A stretch of DNA of 64,000 nucleotides from Eledone cirrhosa. Taxonomy: Eukaryota. Positions 37,500 to 50,904 of this stretch are shown in pieces. The first letter of the stretch is position 1, and each line of letters opens with the position of its first letter. The notes under the pieces were generated by a model. It ran no database searches. It saw only the letters and a program-made list of their open reading frames with translations, and was not told the origin of the DNA. The DNA is taken from positions 46,686,001-46,750,000 of the forward strand of contig OZ024744.1 of assembly GCA_964016885.1 (NCBI GenBank). The letters are read 5' to 3'. A program made the translations under genes and the position numbers.

Positions 37500-38085
37500 T
37501 ACAGTAATGCCCCGCTATATCGTGGTTCACTTTTTGCGGTCCCGTTACATCGCGGTAATTTCTTTGGAACATATCTAATTCCCTATCGCGGTAATCCTCA
37601 CCACATCGCGGATTTTTCGTTAGAACATATCTAGTTTCTTATTGCGGTACGTCTGAATAAAAAAGTGTTTAAATTTTAAACTTATTAAATAAGTTTCAAT
37701 GTTATTAAAGTGTATATCGTAAGGAAGGGACATCTTAAGGCTTTAATTATGAACAAATGTTTCTATTATTCATTCCATTACTGTTTTACTGATTGTGTTT
37801 TTCTCTAATCTACTACAAACCCTTTATAGATTGACAGGAGATGTGCAGTGTATTACCAAGTAGCTACCGTGGCAATGGTCCTCATTGGTAAAACTAGTGG
37901 TATGATGGTTTGTGGTAGTTTCTATACGATCGTTACTGGCTGTTTTTGGTGTTTAAATACAAAAGTGTGTTTTAATGAGTTTATATGTACTTAAAGCATG
38001 TATGAGAGGTATTTTAAGGCTTAAACTATGAAAACAACGGTCGTCTTTGTGGTCTCCCTATATCACAGTTGGTTCTGGAACATAT
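37500..38085. mobile_element. possible Tc1/pogo-type non-autonomous DNA transposon remnant
   Basis: TA followed by CAGTAATGCCCCGCTATATCG and subterminal ATCGCGG repeats. Right TIR not found. Confidence 0.45.
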
Positions 38086-38275
38086 CACGGCTTAGTGGTT
38101 AGAGCATTGGGCTTGCAATTAAAAGGTGGTGAGTTCGAGTCGCGGACCGGGTGATGTGTTGTGTCCTTGAGCAAGACACTTTATTTCACGTTGCTCCAGT
38201 TTACTCAGCTGTAGAAATGAGTTGTGATGTTACTGGTGCCAAGCTGTATCGGCCATAACCTTTCCCTTGGACATC
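38086..38275 (+). mobile_element. tRNA-derived CORE-like SINE
   Basis: A-box GGCTTAGTGG, B-box GAGTTCGAGTC, core TGTGTCCTTGAGCAAGACACTT. Confidence 0.8.
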
Positions 38276-38349
38276 ATATATACTGTTTATAGTGTATATA
38301 TACTGTACACAGTGTATATATACTGTACACAGTGTATATATATATGTAT

Positions 38350-39900
38350 ATCATCATCATCATCACTATTTTACATCCATTCTTCGACGGTAGTATGGGT
38401 TAGACAGGTTGTCCTCTTTTGGGCAGTGCCAGGTAGGGTGACCTTGTCTTGTTCAGATGGGAACCAATTTTGGCTTGATTTCTACAGCTGGATGCCCTTC
38501 CTAACACCAACCTTACAGTGAGTGATGGGTGCTTTTTTGTTGTGACACCTCCATGGCCACTTTACAGTGGGAAGGAGTGGGGGCATGTTGTCTATGTGCT
38601 TCAGCTTCGGCTTGTACCCGGGGGCTACAACACAACCTCCTCTCCTGCACAGAGCATTTGATTCCTCTTATGCTCAGTCTCTATTTCAATTTGTTAATGC
38701 TTTGATGTTCGTGTATATTACTATTACACATCCATCGGAGCATGCAAGCTTTGTTTCTTTCTAATCTACACAAGTTTTCTACAGAGAGTGCCCAGGTCTC
38801 ACTCCCATGTAACATTGCTGTTCGTATACACGCATCATACAGACTGCCTTTCATTTTGAGGGATAAGCCTTTTGCAGCTAGCAGTGGCAGTAGCTCCCTG
38901 AACTTCTTCAATCCCGTTCTTACCCTGGTTACTGTACTTTCAGAACACCAACCTCCGCTGCTCATTCGGTCACCTAGGTAGCAAAAGCTTTCTATTGTTT
39001 CTACAGAGCCCTCCCAGAGTTTGGTGGTGCTTGTTTCTTTAGTTCTGCCATAGATTCAGCTATAAGTGTAAGATCATCCGCATATAGGAGTTCCCATGGG
39101 CATCAGGTCTTAAATTCCTCTGTTATAGCCTGCAATACTATTATAAACAGGAGAGTGCTAAGAACAGAGCCCTGGTAGACACCGACCTGTATGCTAAATT
39201 CCCCGCTATAGTAATTGTTAAGCCTAACTTTACTGACATGTCCCCTATACATGGCTTGTACAGCTTTCACAAGCCACTAATCTACTCTTAGTTTTCTAAG
39301 AGCCCACCAGATTATAGCACAGGGCACTCTGTGAAGACTTTATCCATATCGACAAAAGCCAGGTAGAGCGGCTTACTTTTAGCTAGGTACTTTTCCTGTA
39401 ACTGCCTCACAAGGAAGAGAGCATCAGTGGTGCTTTTTCCTGGCACAACCGAAACTGCATCTCATCTAGTTTTACCCAGTCCTTGATCAACTGTGCTATG
39501 ACTCTTTCCATTACTTTCATGACCTGGTCCATCAGCTTTATATCTCTATAGTTTCTTCTATCTAGTGCATCTCCTTTACCCTTGTAGCAGTTGACGATGC
39601 TGCTGCTGCACCAATCCTTTGGTATGACACTATAGTATTACCTGGTTAACAATATGTGGTTATTACCTTATCTACCCATTTGTCAGCTAATAGTATACCT
39701 ACACCACCCATCCCATTGTCATTTCCCACCCAGAAAAATTTATAACACTGACTTTTGCCTACAAGGACTCTAGTGGACTCTTCTCTCCATCTAGTCTCTT
39801 GCACACAGCATACGTCAATATCCTTTCACTCAGCATGTCTATAATTTCTCCTTCCCTTCCTTTCATTGTGCTTATGTTGATGCTGCCAACTCAGAGTTTT
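38350..39900 (-). mobile_element. internally deleted RTE LINE
   Basis: (CAT)n tail at 38351, MLHGSETW and YADDL on the minus strand, endonuclease start VGSINISTMKG near 39870. Confidence 0.88.
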
Positions 39901-40090
39901 GGACATTTGCCATCATTTGTGGGAGAGGGTGACATTTTGCAGGGGAGTGTGTATGCTTCCTGTCTCTGAATTAAAGCTTTGCATGGGTGATTGGTAACTC
40001 GCTGATTTATATTCATTTATTTATTCGGGGTTGTTCCCTTTATCTTTCGCTCCTCTATACATAACGGTGAATAAGAATTCTTTGGTGCAG

Positions 40091-40529
40091 GGCTAGAAGG
40101 AGACTAGTAGTAATGGCAGAGTTTGTTGGGGCTGGTAAGGTCAAGAAGGACAGTAGTAGTAATGGCAGAGTTTGTTGGGGCTGGTAAGGTCTAGAAGGAC
40201 AGTAGTAGTAATGGCAGAGTTTGTTGGGGCTGGTAATGGCTAGAAGGACAGTAGTAGTAATAGCAGAGTTTGTTGGGCTAGTAAGGGCTAGAAGGACAGT
40301 AGTAGTAATGGCAGAGTTTGTTGGGGCTGGTAATGGCTAGAAGGACAGTAGTAGTAATGGCAGAGTGTGTTGGGGCTGGTAAGGGCTAGAAGGACAGTAG
40401 TAGTAATGGCAGAGTGTGTTGGGGCTGGTAAGGTCAAGAAGGACAGTAGTAATAATGGCAGAGTTTGTTGGAGCTGGTAAGGTCCAGAAGGACAGTAGTA
40501 GTAATGGCAGAGTTTGTTGGAGCTGGTAA
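40091..40529. repeat. 49-bp minisatellite, ~9 copies
   Basis: Unit GGCTAGAAGGACAGTAGTAGTAATGGCAGAGTTTGTTGGGGCTGGTAAG. Confidence 0.95.
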
Positions 40530-41675
40530 TGTGTAAGGACATGTTGCTGAGGTTTAATTGGTCAAATAGTCTATGGTGGTGAGTGGGAAATTGTGAGATA
40601 GGTAGCCATCATGACATATATCATCACAAGAGATTCATGGGAAATAAGCAGATACAAGTAGGCATATTAGACAAGGCAAATATGCAAGAATTTCGAAGAT
40701 GGTCACCTAGCTTCGTAAACACCAAAATGAATGAGTGAGAGAAAGGGGAGGTAATGGCGGGGGTTGTTTGTAGAGAAAGACGCAATGTCTAACATGGTTT
40801 ATATCAAAAACAAGGTCGAAGTATATATGTTGTGGAAACAAGTGAATGATAATAATAATAATGTAAACAGAACATTTTGAAATTGGGGAAGAGAGATAGG
40901 TGTAGAATAGAAATAATCTATGGATGTCTGAGATATAAGTTATATATATATTGTGGTGTCAAGCTGTGTCAGCCATTGCCTTTCCCTTGGACAACATATA
41001 TAGTGTATAATATATATTGTACACAGTGTATATCTATATAGTGTATATATATGTTGTGATGTCAAGCTGTGCATTTTAAGTATTCTCTATTATGTCATAC
41101 TGTTACTTTCTTATAAGTCCTATAAGATTGCATTTTATGCTAAACTGCCATAGAGCAGACCTCTGAAGAGATAGAAGGATATAATTTATAGAGCATGCTG
41201 GAATACCACTATTTACATTGGAGAGAATAACTCTGGACAGGAAAGTTGCTATCTACAGTTTATCAATATAGAAATATAAAATTTCCACTGTTAAATCTAT
41301 CTCTGCTTCTAAAGTATTCTCTATTATCTCATACTGTTTCTTTCTTATTTCAGAATGTCAGATGAAATTTGGATAAATTATTATTTTCAATCTTAGATAC
41401 ATCACCTCTATTTATCATCATTTGAAGACTAAAACTTTCTTAACAGAACTTATATAACACTGTTTATATAAATCTCTCGTCGTATTACTGTGAAATATTT
41501 CCTCAAAACTGAGTTTATTTTCATCACTATAAGATGGTTTTGTATTTTAACTAAACTTGGGTGAAACATAAGTTTGTATTATCTTCAGATATTAACTGAA
41601 ATATAGAAAAAGAAATATAATATAAAAAATATTACAAGGAAAACATTTGTATATTCTGTTGAAGAAGAAATAATT

Positions 41676-42863
41676 ATGGAAAATAAATTGACTGAGAAGA
41701 TTAAATGTGAAACACAATCTAAAGTGTTTAGTATTCCTGGTGAGATGATGAAGGTTGGAGAAGAGAAGTCATATCACTGTGATACCTGTGGTAAATCATT
41801 CAATAATCGTAGTACCTTAACTACTCACAAAGTTATACATACAGGAGATAAGCCTTATCATTGTGATATCTGTGGTAAATCATTCAATAATTGTAGTACC
41901 TTAACTACTCACAAGCGTATACATACAGGAGACAAGCCATATCACTCTGATATCTGTGGTAAATCATTCAATAAACGTAGTACCTTAACTACTCACAAAG
42001 TTATACATACAGGAGATAAGCCATATCATTGTGAAATCTGTGGTAAATCATTCTCTCGAAGTAGTAATTTAACTATTCACAAACATATACATACTTGTGA
42101 GAAGCCATATTGTGATATCTGTGGTAAATCATTCACTGAAAGTAGCACCTTAATTAAGCACAAACGTATACATACAGGAGATAAGCCACCTCACTGTGAT
42201 ATCTGTAGTAAATTATTCTCTGATAATAGTACCTTAACTTCTCACAAACGAACCCATACAGCTGAGAAACTATATCACTGCGATATCTGTGGTAAATCAT
42301 TCTCTCAAAGTAGTTCCTTAACTAGCCACAAACGTGTACATATAGGAGACAAGCCATATCACTGTGAGATCTGTGGTATACCATTCTCTGTTAGTAGTAC
42401 CTTAACTAGACACAAACGTACACATATAGGAGATAAGCCATATCACTGTGATATCTGTGGTAAATCATTCTCTCGAAGTAGTCACTTAACTAGCCACAAA
42501 CATATACATACAGGAGACAAGCCATATCACTGTGATATCTGTGGTATATTATTCTCTCAAAGTAATGCCTTAACTAGCCACAAACGTATACATACAGGAG
42601 ACAAGCCATACCACTGTGATATCTGTGGTATATCATTCTCTCAAAGTAGTCACTTAAATACTCACATACGTACCCATACAGGAGACAAGCCATATCACTG
42701 TGATATCTGTGGTAAATCATTCTCTGAAAGTAGTTCCTTAATTAAGCATAAACGTACCCATACAGGAGACAAGCCATATCACTGTGATATCTGTGGTATA
42801 TCATTCTCTGGAAAAATTAGCCTAACTACTCACAAACTTATACATGCAGAAGAGAAATCATAA
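41676..42863 (+). CDS. C2H2 zinc-finger protein, 13 repeats (12 canonical), paralog of 32236-33429
   Basis: Same N-terminus [20 protein letters not shown]. Acceptor ends at 41353. Decayed finger sequence continues to ~42990. Confidence 0.93.
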   Translation: MENKLTEKIKCETQSKVFSIPGEMMKVGEEKSYHCDTCGKSFNNRSTLTTHKVIHTGDKPYHCDICGKSFNNCSTLTTHKRIHTGDKPYHSDICGKSFNKRSTLTTHKVIHTGDKPYHCEICGKSFSRSSNLTIHKHIHTCEKPYCDICGKSFTESSTLIKHKRIHTGDKPPHCDICSKLFSDNSTLTSHKRTHTAEKLYHCDICGKSFSQSSSLTSHKRVHIGDKPYHCEICGIPFSVSSTLTRHKRTHIGDKPYHCDICGKSFSRSSHLTSHKHIHTGDKPYHCDICGILFSQSNALTSHKRIHTGDKPYHCDICGISFSQSSHLNTHIRTHTGDKPYHCDICGKSFSESSSLIKHKRTHTGDKPYHCDICGISFSGKISLTTHKLIHAEEKS

Positions 42864-42992
42864 CGCCTTGACATCAGTGATAAATCATTCCCTCAAATTT
42901 GTGAATTAATGAGAATACAAATACATATCTTTGTGACATCTGATGGAAATCATTCTCTTTGAATGTTACATTAACTACACAGAAACATATAT

Positions 42993-43437
42993 ACTAGACC
43001 TGAAAAATGTGCAAGCTCAAAAGAACCACATAATGTTATAATAAACCTTCAAAAGTGTGCGACTAAAGTTGTTGCTCAAATATTTTGTAATCATTATCTA
43101 TCGTACACTCTGTGACATCTTTTTATAAAAAAGAGACTCATAACGAACTCAAGACGACACAATAATTATTTAAGCTAATGTTCAATATCTCATATTAGAT
43201 GTTTAGTAATGATTAATATGAAATGCACTTAAACCAAATTCTATATTATAAATTCACTTAAATAATTATCGTGTCGTCTTGAGTTCGTTATGAGTCTCTT
43301 TTTTATAAAAGGATGCCACAGAGTGTACGATAGATAATGATTACAATATTTTGAGCAACAACTCTAGTCCCACACTTTTGAAGGTTTATTATAACATTCT
43401 GTGGCTCTTTTGAGCTTGTGCATTTTTCAGGTCTAGT
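42993..43437. repeat. inverted repeat (~181-bp arms, ~82-bp spacer), MITE/foldback-like
   Basis: ACTAGACCTGAAAAATG...ATAATTATTTAAG (42993-43174) vs CTTAAATAATTAT...CATTTTTCAGGTCTAGT (43257-43437). Confidence 0.93.
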
Positions 43438-45179
43438 TTAATATTTTTTTTAAGGTAACGCTTGTAATAACTCTAGTTAAACATGATACATATTAATAAT
43501 AAATTATAGTTGTAATGTAATTAGATTATATAATTGTTATTTTATAAATGATCTTATAAATATTATTGTAAGTTGTATTAAAATATTTTCAGACTTTCAA
43601 TATAAACAACTACAAAAAACAATCAATATTAAATAAATATATTTTACATAATAATTGTTATAGTTGAATTAATAAAAATTAAATATTACATACAAATAGT
43701 CTAACATAATAATAATAAAATAATTTAACATAAAACGAACAATAATATGGACATATATACAAGTAAATATGATACAACCAATATTATAAGCATGTTATAA
43801 CGAACTGAAAAAAAATAGTTAATATAAATTTAAAAAATCATATATAAATTAACAATATAACTTACCAAAACGAGAAAAATATTTTGATGATAAGTGACAA
43901 AATACAGGAGGAAGATTCAAAAGCAAAACGATAAATAAACGTGCAAACAAAGTAGCGGATGCTTTTGAGCAACAATTACTCTCATTGGTTGATTAGCCAA
44001 TAAGACGATGAAATTAGCCAGTAAGACGATACATTACAAAACATGTTTGCGAGGGATCACCATGGCCAGCGAAACCCCTTGAATTTTTTATTCATAAGCT
44101 ATGCATATATGTCAGAACTAGCAGACTTACAACATTCTGTTGTTAGTCACTGCGTATCTAACAGATATATTTATGAGTGTATATGTATGTGTGTAGAAAT
44201 TTCTGTCCATGAATATGATTGTATCTTTGTGTATATGTATATCTATATGTGAGTATGTATAATTATGTGTATCTGTCTGAACGTATGTGTATGTTTATAT
44301 ATGTGTTTTTATATACATGTGTGCACATCTGGATATATTTTCAGTGTCTGTTGTAGCTCTCTCAGTACAAATCCCACTGAGCTGAAGCTGCTTATATATT
44401 TTGAGCTCCATAAATGAAATACCAGTGAAATACTGGAGTTGATTCTTCCTGTTTGTCATTGTCTGTCTGTCTGTCTACTCTTCTCCCTCTCTCTCTCTAT
44501 ATATATATATATGAGCACGGCACTTGCCTCTAAATTGGACAAACCCGTCCAACCCATGCTAGCATGGAAGATAATTAATCGAGGATGATGATATCTAGGG
44601 ATTGTAACATTATTACCACAACAGAAGTCTGATGAGCTATTGATTTTAGAGTCAGGCTAGATCGAACCTTGAGCTGATTGATAGCAAAATGTGCTTCACT
44701 GCTCAATAAACGTAATGAAGACATGACAAACCTTCCTTTATATATATGTATATATACACACATATATATTTCTATTGGTGCTTTAAGATAGCGACATATA
44801 TATAAATGTACGTATTGTATATTTAATAATATACTGTATGTTTATTTTAAAACACTTTGAAGGCGTTTTGCTATGAGTTTAAGGTATTGACTATAGTCAC
44901 ACACCTGGCTTCAGCAAAACCAAAGGGAAATAACCAACGATTGTTTCTCACTTTTTAATGGTTATCAAGGTTATATATCCCCTATTTTTGCTGTGAGCTG
45001 TAGAAGGTGGATTCTTATAGAATTCCAATTATGTTTATGCGCTGTTTAAACTCATTAACATACAGGTTGCCTGAAGCTTGGTATGTGACGTCTGTCAATA
45101 TCTTAAATTCATAGCGCAGGGCCTTCAAAATGATTTTAGATAAACATACAGTATCTTATTAAGTATACAATACCTACAT

Positions 45180-45805
45180 TCATATATATAAAACTGAGGA
45201 TGTGTGTGTGTGTGTGAGAGTTTGAATCCCTAAAATTCGAGAAGTACCCAACCGATTTTTTTCAAACTTTATGTGTATTACATATGTTTCAGGGAGTGTT
45301 ATGCACATTAAAAAATTCAACTTTTTCATCCCCTAGGGCCCGCAGTAGGTGAAAGACTGCGTTTTTAAAGCTTTTTAGGGTTTTTTGAGGCGTTACGTCA
45401 GACCGATTTCCTTGAAATTGTAACTATGTATTAGTCAGTCTCTTCTTCATACCGTGAGCAAAGAAAATCCAACTTTTTTATGGCCTAGGGCCCGCATTAG
45501 ATGAAAAACTTCATTTTTTCAGCTTTTTAGGGCTTGTTTGAGGCGTTACGTCTAGCCGATTTTCCCGAAATTTCAAGGCAAATAAAAAAAAATTTTTTTT
45601 CTTGATCCCCTAGGTCCCACATTAGTTGAAAGCCTGCATTTTTCCTGCTTCATTGAGGAAAATCTTAAAGATTATCCAGCCATCAGAGTATTCGGTTTAT
45701 TTTCTTTACATATTGTCCAGGCATGCAGTTTTTCCACGATTAGGTCTGTTGGCGGCCCACGTTCCAAAATACCTTAGCCTGTGAAACGCCGGGTACCACT
45801 GCTAG
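45180..45805 (+). mobile_element. non-autonomous Helitron
   Basis: 5' TCATATATATAAAA then (TG)n, internal ~145-bp subrepeats, 3' GAAACGCCGGGTACCACTGCTAG followed by T, no TSD. Confidence 0.75.
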
Positions 45806-46339
45806 TATATATATACACTTAAGAAAATTAACAAATTGTGGACCAGACAAATGAAAACACGGCAAAACGCAAAACCTTTTTTTTAAGGGGAAACCGTAAA
45901 AATAATTTTTTGAAAATGAAAATAGAAATGAAAGGCACAGAACTCCAGGTTCATCAGCTGTACAGATGGACCTTGCCAGTTTTAACCCCTACCAATGGTA
46001 CTGCTTGTACACCCGGGGTGAGAGGAGGTCACAAATATTAAAGTACGCTCATCAGATCTCAGACCACCTGCAATTTCAATCTGAGATTACTGCGAAGAAT
46101 GGGAGGCTCGTAACAATGGAGAAATAAATATCTTCGTTAGTACCCATTCTCTTCAAGTCAACTCACAGCCGCTGATTTCTGTCCTTCGAGGTAATGTTTT
46201 ACCCAACACCACTTTGATGGTATTTTACTGTTTTAACAGCTTCCTTATGCTGAGTTTTTCTACTTTCCTACAAATTCTAATACACCAGTGTTTCAAAACT
46301 CGATATCCAAGTTAATATTCTTTATATATATATGTATAT

Positions 46340-46637
46340 ATTGAGAGTGAGTAAACTTCCCGAGATCCATGGACGAGTTCTCTCCAGCGGTCTCTCTCTC
46401 CCTCATCATTGCTGCCATCTCCTGCATCTCCAAGAGACCAGTGTCTGTCTTTAGCGCATCAATACATGTCAACCTCGGTCTCCATCTTCTAGTGTGTCCG
46501 TGCAGGGGCTCCCACAGAAGCACTGAGTGCAGTGTCAACTCTGAATGTCGGTGAGTATGTCCAGTTAACCTCAGTCCCCTCTGTGTTACTTTTGAGGTGA
46601 CTTTAGGGAGGCTCCCATACAGCTCTGAGTTCTTCAT
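46340..46637 (-). mobile_element. RTE-like LINE 3' fragment
   Basis: LRLTGHTHRHSELTLHSVLLWEP, bounded by (TA)n. Confidence 0.85.
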
Positions 46638-46899
46638 ATATATATATATATATATATACTGTTATACTTGGGGAGGGTCATATTGTTATACTATTGCCAG
46701 AAATAACAACAGTACACACTCACTGTTTGGTTTGGGTTGGTTTTCGCTTCTGTATCTTTTATATCTCCATAGTTAATTTATCTGGCAATCAATGTTTATC
46801 ATTGACTGACCAACAGTTCAAAATACAGATATAAATATATATAGTCTATCAAAGTTCTTTCGACACACATCCGTGGCTCCTGTTTCTGTTGATGAAGTG

Positions 46900-47460
46900 T
46901 TGGATGTGTTTTTCCATTTCTGTTGGGACACACATGCGGAACACATTCTTCATCACTCTTACCAAGTCTGCGATCAGAATATTAAACTTAGCACTACTGG
47001 ACATTGCTGAGTTTTGAGTATCAGGTATTTGAAGGCCATGGGTTTAGCATAGTGTGAGTGGAGAATTTGGGCCCTCTCGTCTGTAGTGTTTAACCAGAGT
47101 TCCGAGTCTAATACAGGTAGTCTATTGTTAGGGTGTTTGGAAGGGTAGTCAATAATTACAGTTATACTCTGGTGTATGGAGTTAGCTATCTGCTGGATGC
47201 GCTCCATTGTGCTATCTTCTAATTTATGTTTATTAGTATTCTCTTGTGGGGGTGTTCTTATTACTATATTGATATCGTCTACGTAACGAGAGTACATGAC
47301 GAGGGCTATGGAGTTCTCTTCTAGGAGTTCTCTGAGAAAAATGGTTGCACATGCAATAGGGGCTAGTATTAAAACTAACCTAAAGGGCCATATGCTTAAA
47401 TTTAATGATAAAGTCTCCACCCATAATGAGGGAGCAGCGATGTTGCCATTCTATTTATGG
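46900..47460 (-). mobile_element. Penelope-like element RT fragment
   Basis: YSRYVDDI...IANSIHQSI..DYPS..RLPVLD..HYAKPM, typical of the PLE RT palm and thumb. Confidence 0.8.
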
Positions 47461-48689
47461 TATGGTGGGAGAGGAGAACTCCTAGAAGATGGTGCCTCTA
47501 CGACTCCACAAGGAGTTCTGGGATCTTCGTCGTTTTTTATCTAGTGTTAATATGGTACCACCCCTCCTCAGGATGTGAGGAGGGGTAGTATTGGAGTTAG
47601 TGTTAATATGCTACCACCCCTCCTCAGGTTGTGAGGAGGGGTGGTATTGGAGTTAGTGAAAATTTCACATATATAAACAGATATGGGTTCATTTAGAAAT
47701 GTGTTTACTTATCAATATTAAGAGTCCTGATAATAAAAGGTGTTAAAATTATAATCCATATTGAAAATATATAATACACACATATCTACATACACACACA
47801 TACATAAATATATATATATATGAAAAGATTCAAGACCCCGACAGCTGAGCTCCGGTCGTTTCAACTGCTAGATCCAAACTCTAGTTCAGATCTAGCCGTC
47901 GAAACAGCCCTGAATCTTTTCATATTACCCACTCTACTACCCCAAGTATTGAGTACTTTGGTGGGTTATGGTCTAGCTGGTGTTTACCACACCCTATCTG
48001 ATATATATATATAAAATCACATACACATACATATAGACACATATGTACCCTTTAGAAGGGAGAAAATAGAAATAACATGTACTTGCTATTTACTTATCAC
48101 AGTTTGTATTGACGTTTGTCAGGGAGAGGAATTAGGTTGGAGATAGTTTGTCTTTAGGAAAACTGAATTATAAACTGAGGGTAGATGGTGAAACCCAGTG
48201 AGCAGTAATGTGGGGTGTATGTAGATACCCAAGATTGGATTCTGTCAAGGTATATTATCTCACTAAATAGCTAGTGGTTAGATACTTGGATTAGAACTAA
48301 AGAAGTGAGAAAGAGGGGAAATCCAAGGCAAAGTCATTTTTAATTTTTGCTGGACCGGCAATTGCTCTGTATAATCAGTTCCTGATTATTACTGGAATTC
48401 TATAAGAATCCAGCCTCTATAATTTTCGGCAGAGGTCGGCGAGTATGTTGCTCTGAGGAACACCAACAGTGTGAAACAGATCTGTCAGCTTCTCTCCCTT
48501 CCTTTGCTGAAAAAGAAGTGACATAGTCACTACTTTAAAATAATAGCGCAAGGTCTTCAAAATGTTTTTAATTAAACATACAGTATATTACCAAATATAC
48601 TATACATACATTCATATATATTGTATTTTATCTGATGAGTGCATACCAAAATTCTGGTATCCTTGAAATATAGATATATATTAAATCCA

Positions 48690-49370
48690 TCCTATGTCCC
48701 AAACTCTGGGTACACAAGAGATGTAGTGGGATCCAAGGTAAGTTATCTAAGAATGCAGGTTTTATATGTAGTTGTTACACTGGAGCAGTAAGCAGTAATC
48801 TCTCTCAGGTGACAAACTGTATCTGCTTCTGTTACCTGGCTGACCAAATTAGCAGTGGAGGTGGGTGTTCTGAAAGTACCGTAACCAGGGTAAGAACGGG
48901 ATAGAAGAAGTTCAGGGTGCTACTACCATTCCTGGCTGCAAAATGTTTTTCCCTCAAAATAAAGGGCAGTCTGTATGATGTGTTTATAAAACAGCAACAA
49001 TACATGGTAGTGACCCTGGGAACTGTGTGGAGAGGACCTCTAAAGATTGGATAGAAATGAAGCTTGTATGCTCTGGTGGATATGTAATAGTAATATACAT
49101 GAAGAGTAAAGTGTAAATAAACTGAGAGATAAGCTGGGCATGAGAGGGATTATATACAGTGTTCTGGTATGGATATGTGATGTGTAGGAAGGATGACAGC
49201 TGTATAAAGAAGCAGGCTGCTCAAATTTGATGGAAGTTATGGAAGAGAAAGACCTAGGAGAGCTTGAGATGAGGTGATAAAAACTGACCTGACACCATTG
49301 TACCTCTCAAAGGTGATGACACAGGATTGAAATCTCTGGCGTTGTACAGTACTGCAGAAGACCTGTATTC
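48690..49370 (+). mobile_element. degraded RTE LINE 3' part
   Basis: Nucleotide similarity to 25900-26640 (AGCAGTGGAGGTGGGTGTTCTGAAAGTAC). Confidence 0.85.
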
Positions 49371-50333
49371 ACATGTGTTAACCTAATATATTCCTTCCAT
49401 ATACTCTACTGATTGTGTTGTTATTTCTGTTTACCTTTTGCATATGTATTTATATATGTGTGTGAGTGTACGTCCATATATATATATATATACACACACA
49501 CCCACTCCGTTCTTGTATTTTTCAAGCAAGGTTTCTTATCTGAAAACTTGTGTTGAAACAGATATTGTTATACTTTAGGAGAGTCATGCTGCCAATAAAA
49601 ACTCATGCAATTGTTGGTTTACTCTTCAATTTATTATAAACATCCAGTTTATTTGTTTATTATCAAAGCTCTTTTGTCACACATATAACCTCCTCAGTGA
49701 CAAGGCTGTTATTTAGTATCTCTCCTGTGTTCTGTCAGACACCATCTAGTTTTTGTGAACACATAAAAACAAGAGATTATTTCTTTTGTTGTTTAGTAAA
49801 TATTAACACAACATATTAATTACATCTGAAGGAGGTAAGTTGACAAAGATGTACTTAATGTCTATATTAATGTGTGTAAATAATAGAATTATGTGAACCC
49901 TTCAACGATACAGTAATTATATACAAGTGAAAATATAACAACATTGGAAAAATATATTTCTTCAATATAGTCAATATTAATCCTAACTTTGTTGACTGCT
50001 TCTCTATTCATGGCTTTATGATCATGTCTCCAAAACATGTACCAGACAGTGTTTCAGGTAGCTCTTTACAGTATTAGAACCTTATTATGTCACCAACGAA
50101 ACCCTACACCAACAGATGTCCCTTCAATATCAAAACAGCTCCCTGAAATACAGTTACTCAATCCCTATTTCACAGGTTGACCCAGACATAGTCCTAAAGA
50201 AAGGAAATCCTTGTGGAATCATAGGGGTGTCTTAGTCACATATAACAATTATTGGGTATTTTAGACCTGGTGGAGACCACACTCTTCTTCCAGATCTGAA
50301 TACACTTGATTTCTTCCAGAGAAAGGGATATAG

Positions 50334-50386
<53 letters not shown>

Positions 50387-50904
50387 ATGGACCTGTAAAT
50401 CTTAGGGTAGTCGTAGGGGTACTCTAGTGGATTTCAGTCTTTGTTCCACATATTTTAAAACCTGATGGAGCCCATCTCCTCTCTCCAGGTCTGAACACAA
50501 TTGAGATCTGAATAAAACTTCAAGTGAAATCAGATATTGTATGGATTCATATAGATTCATTAGACTCCTGGTCTAAACACACCTGATTCCTCCCGGAGAA
50601 GGAGAGAGAAGTGAGAAAAAGATATTGAGAAAGAATTGACTCCTACTAATAAAAAGGTGGAAGTTAAACTGGTGTTGACATGTCATCAGCAGAGGAGATG
50701 TTAGCTATGTTAGAAAGTCCTATAAGAATGAATTTGTCTTTGGTTCTTTAATAAAAACTAACAACACAACACAATGATTATATGTGAAAAAGTAAGTTGA
50801 CAAAGATTTACTTAATGTCTATATTAATGTAAATAATATAATTATGTGAACCCTTCAACGATACAGTAATTATATACGAGTGAAAATATATATAACAACA
50901 TTAC

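Noticed and set aside
38086-38160. tRNA gene
   Set aside because: A and B boxes are present, but there is no full cloverleaf and it continues into a SINE core.
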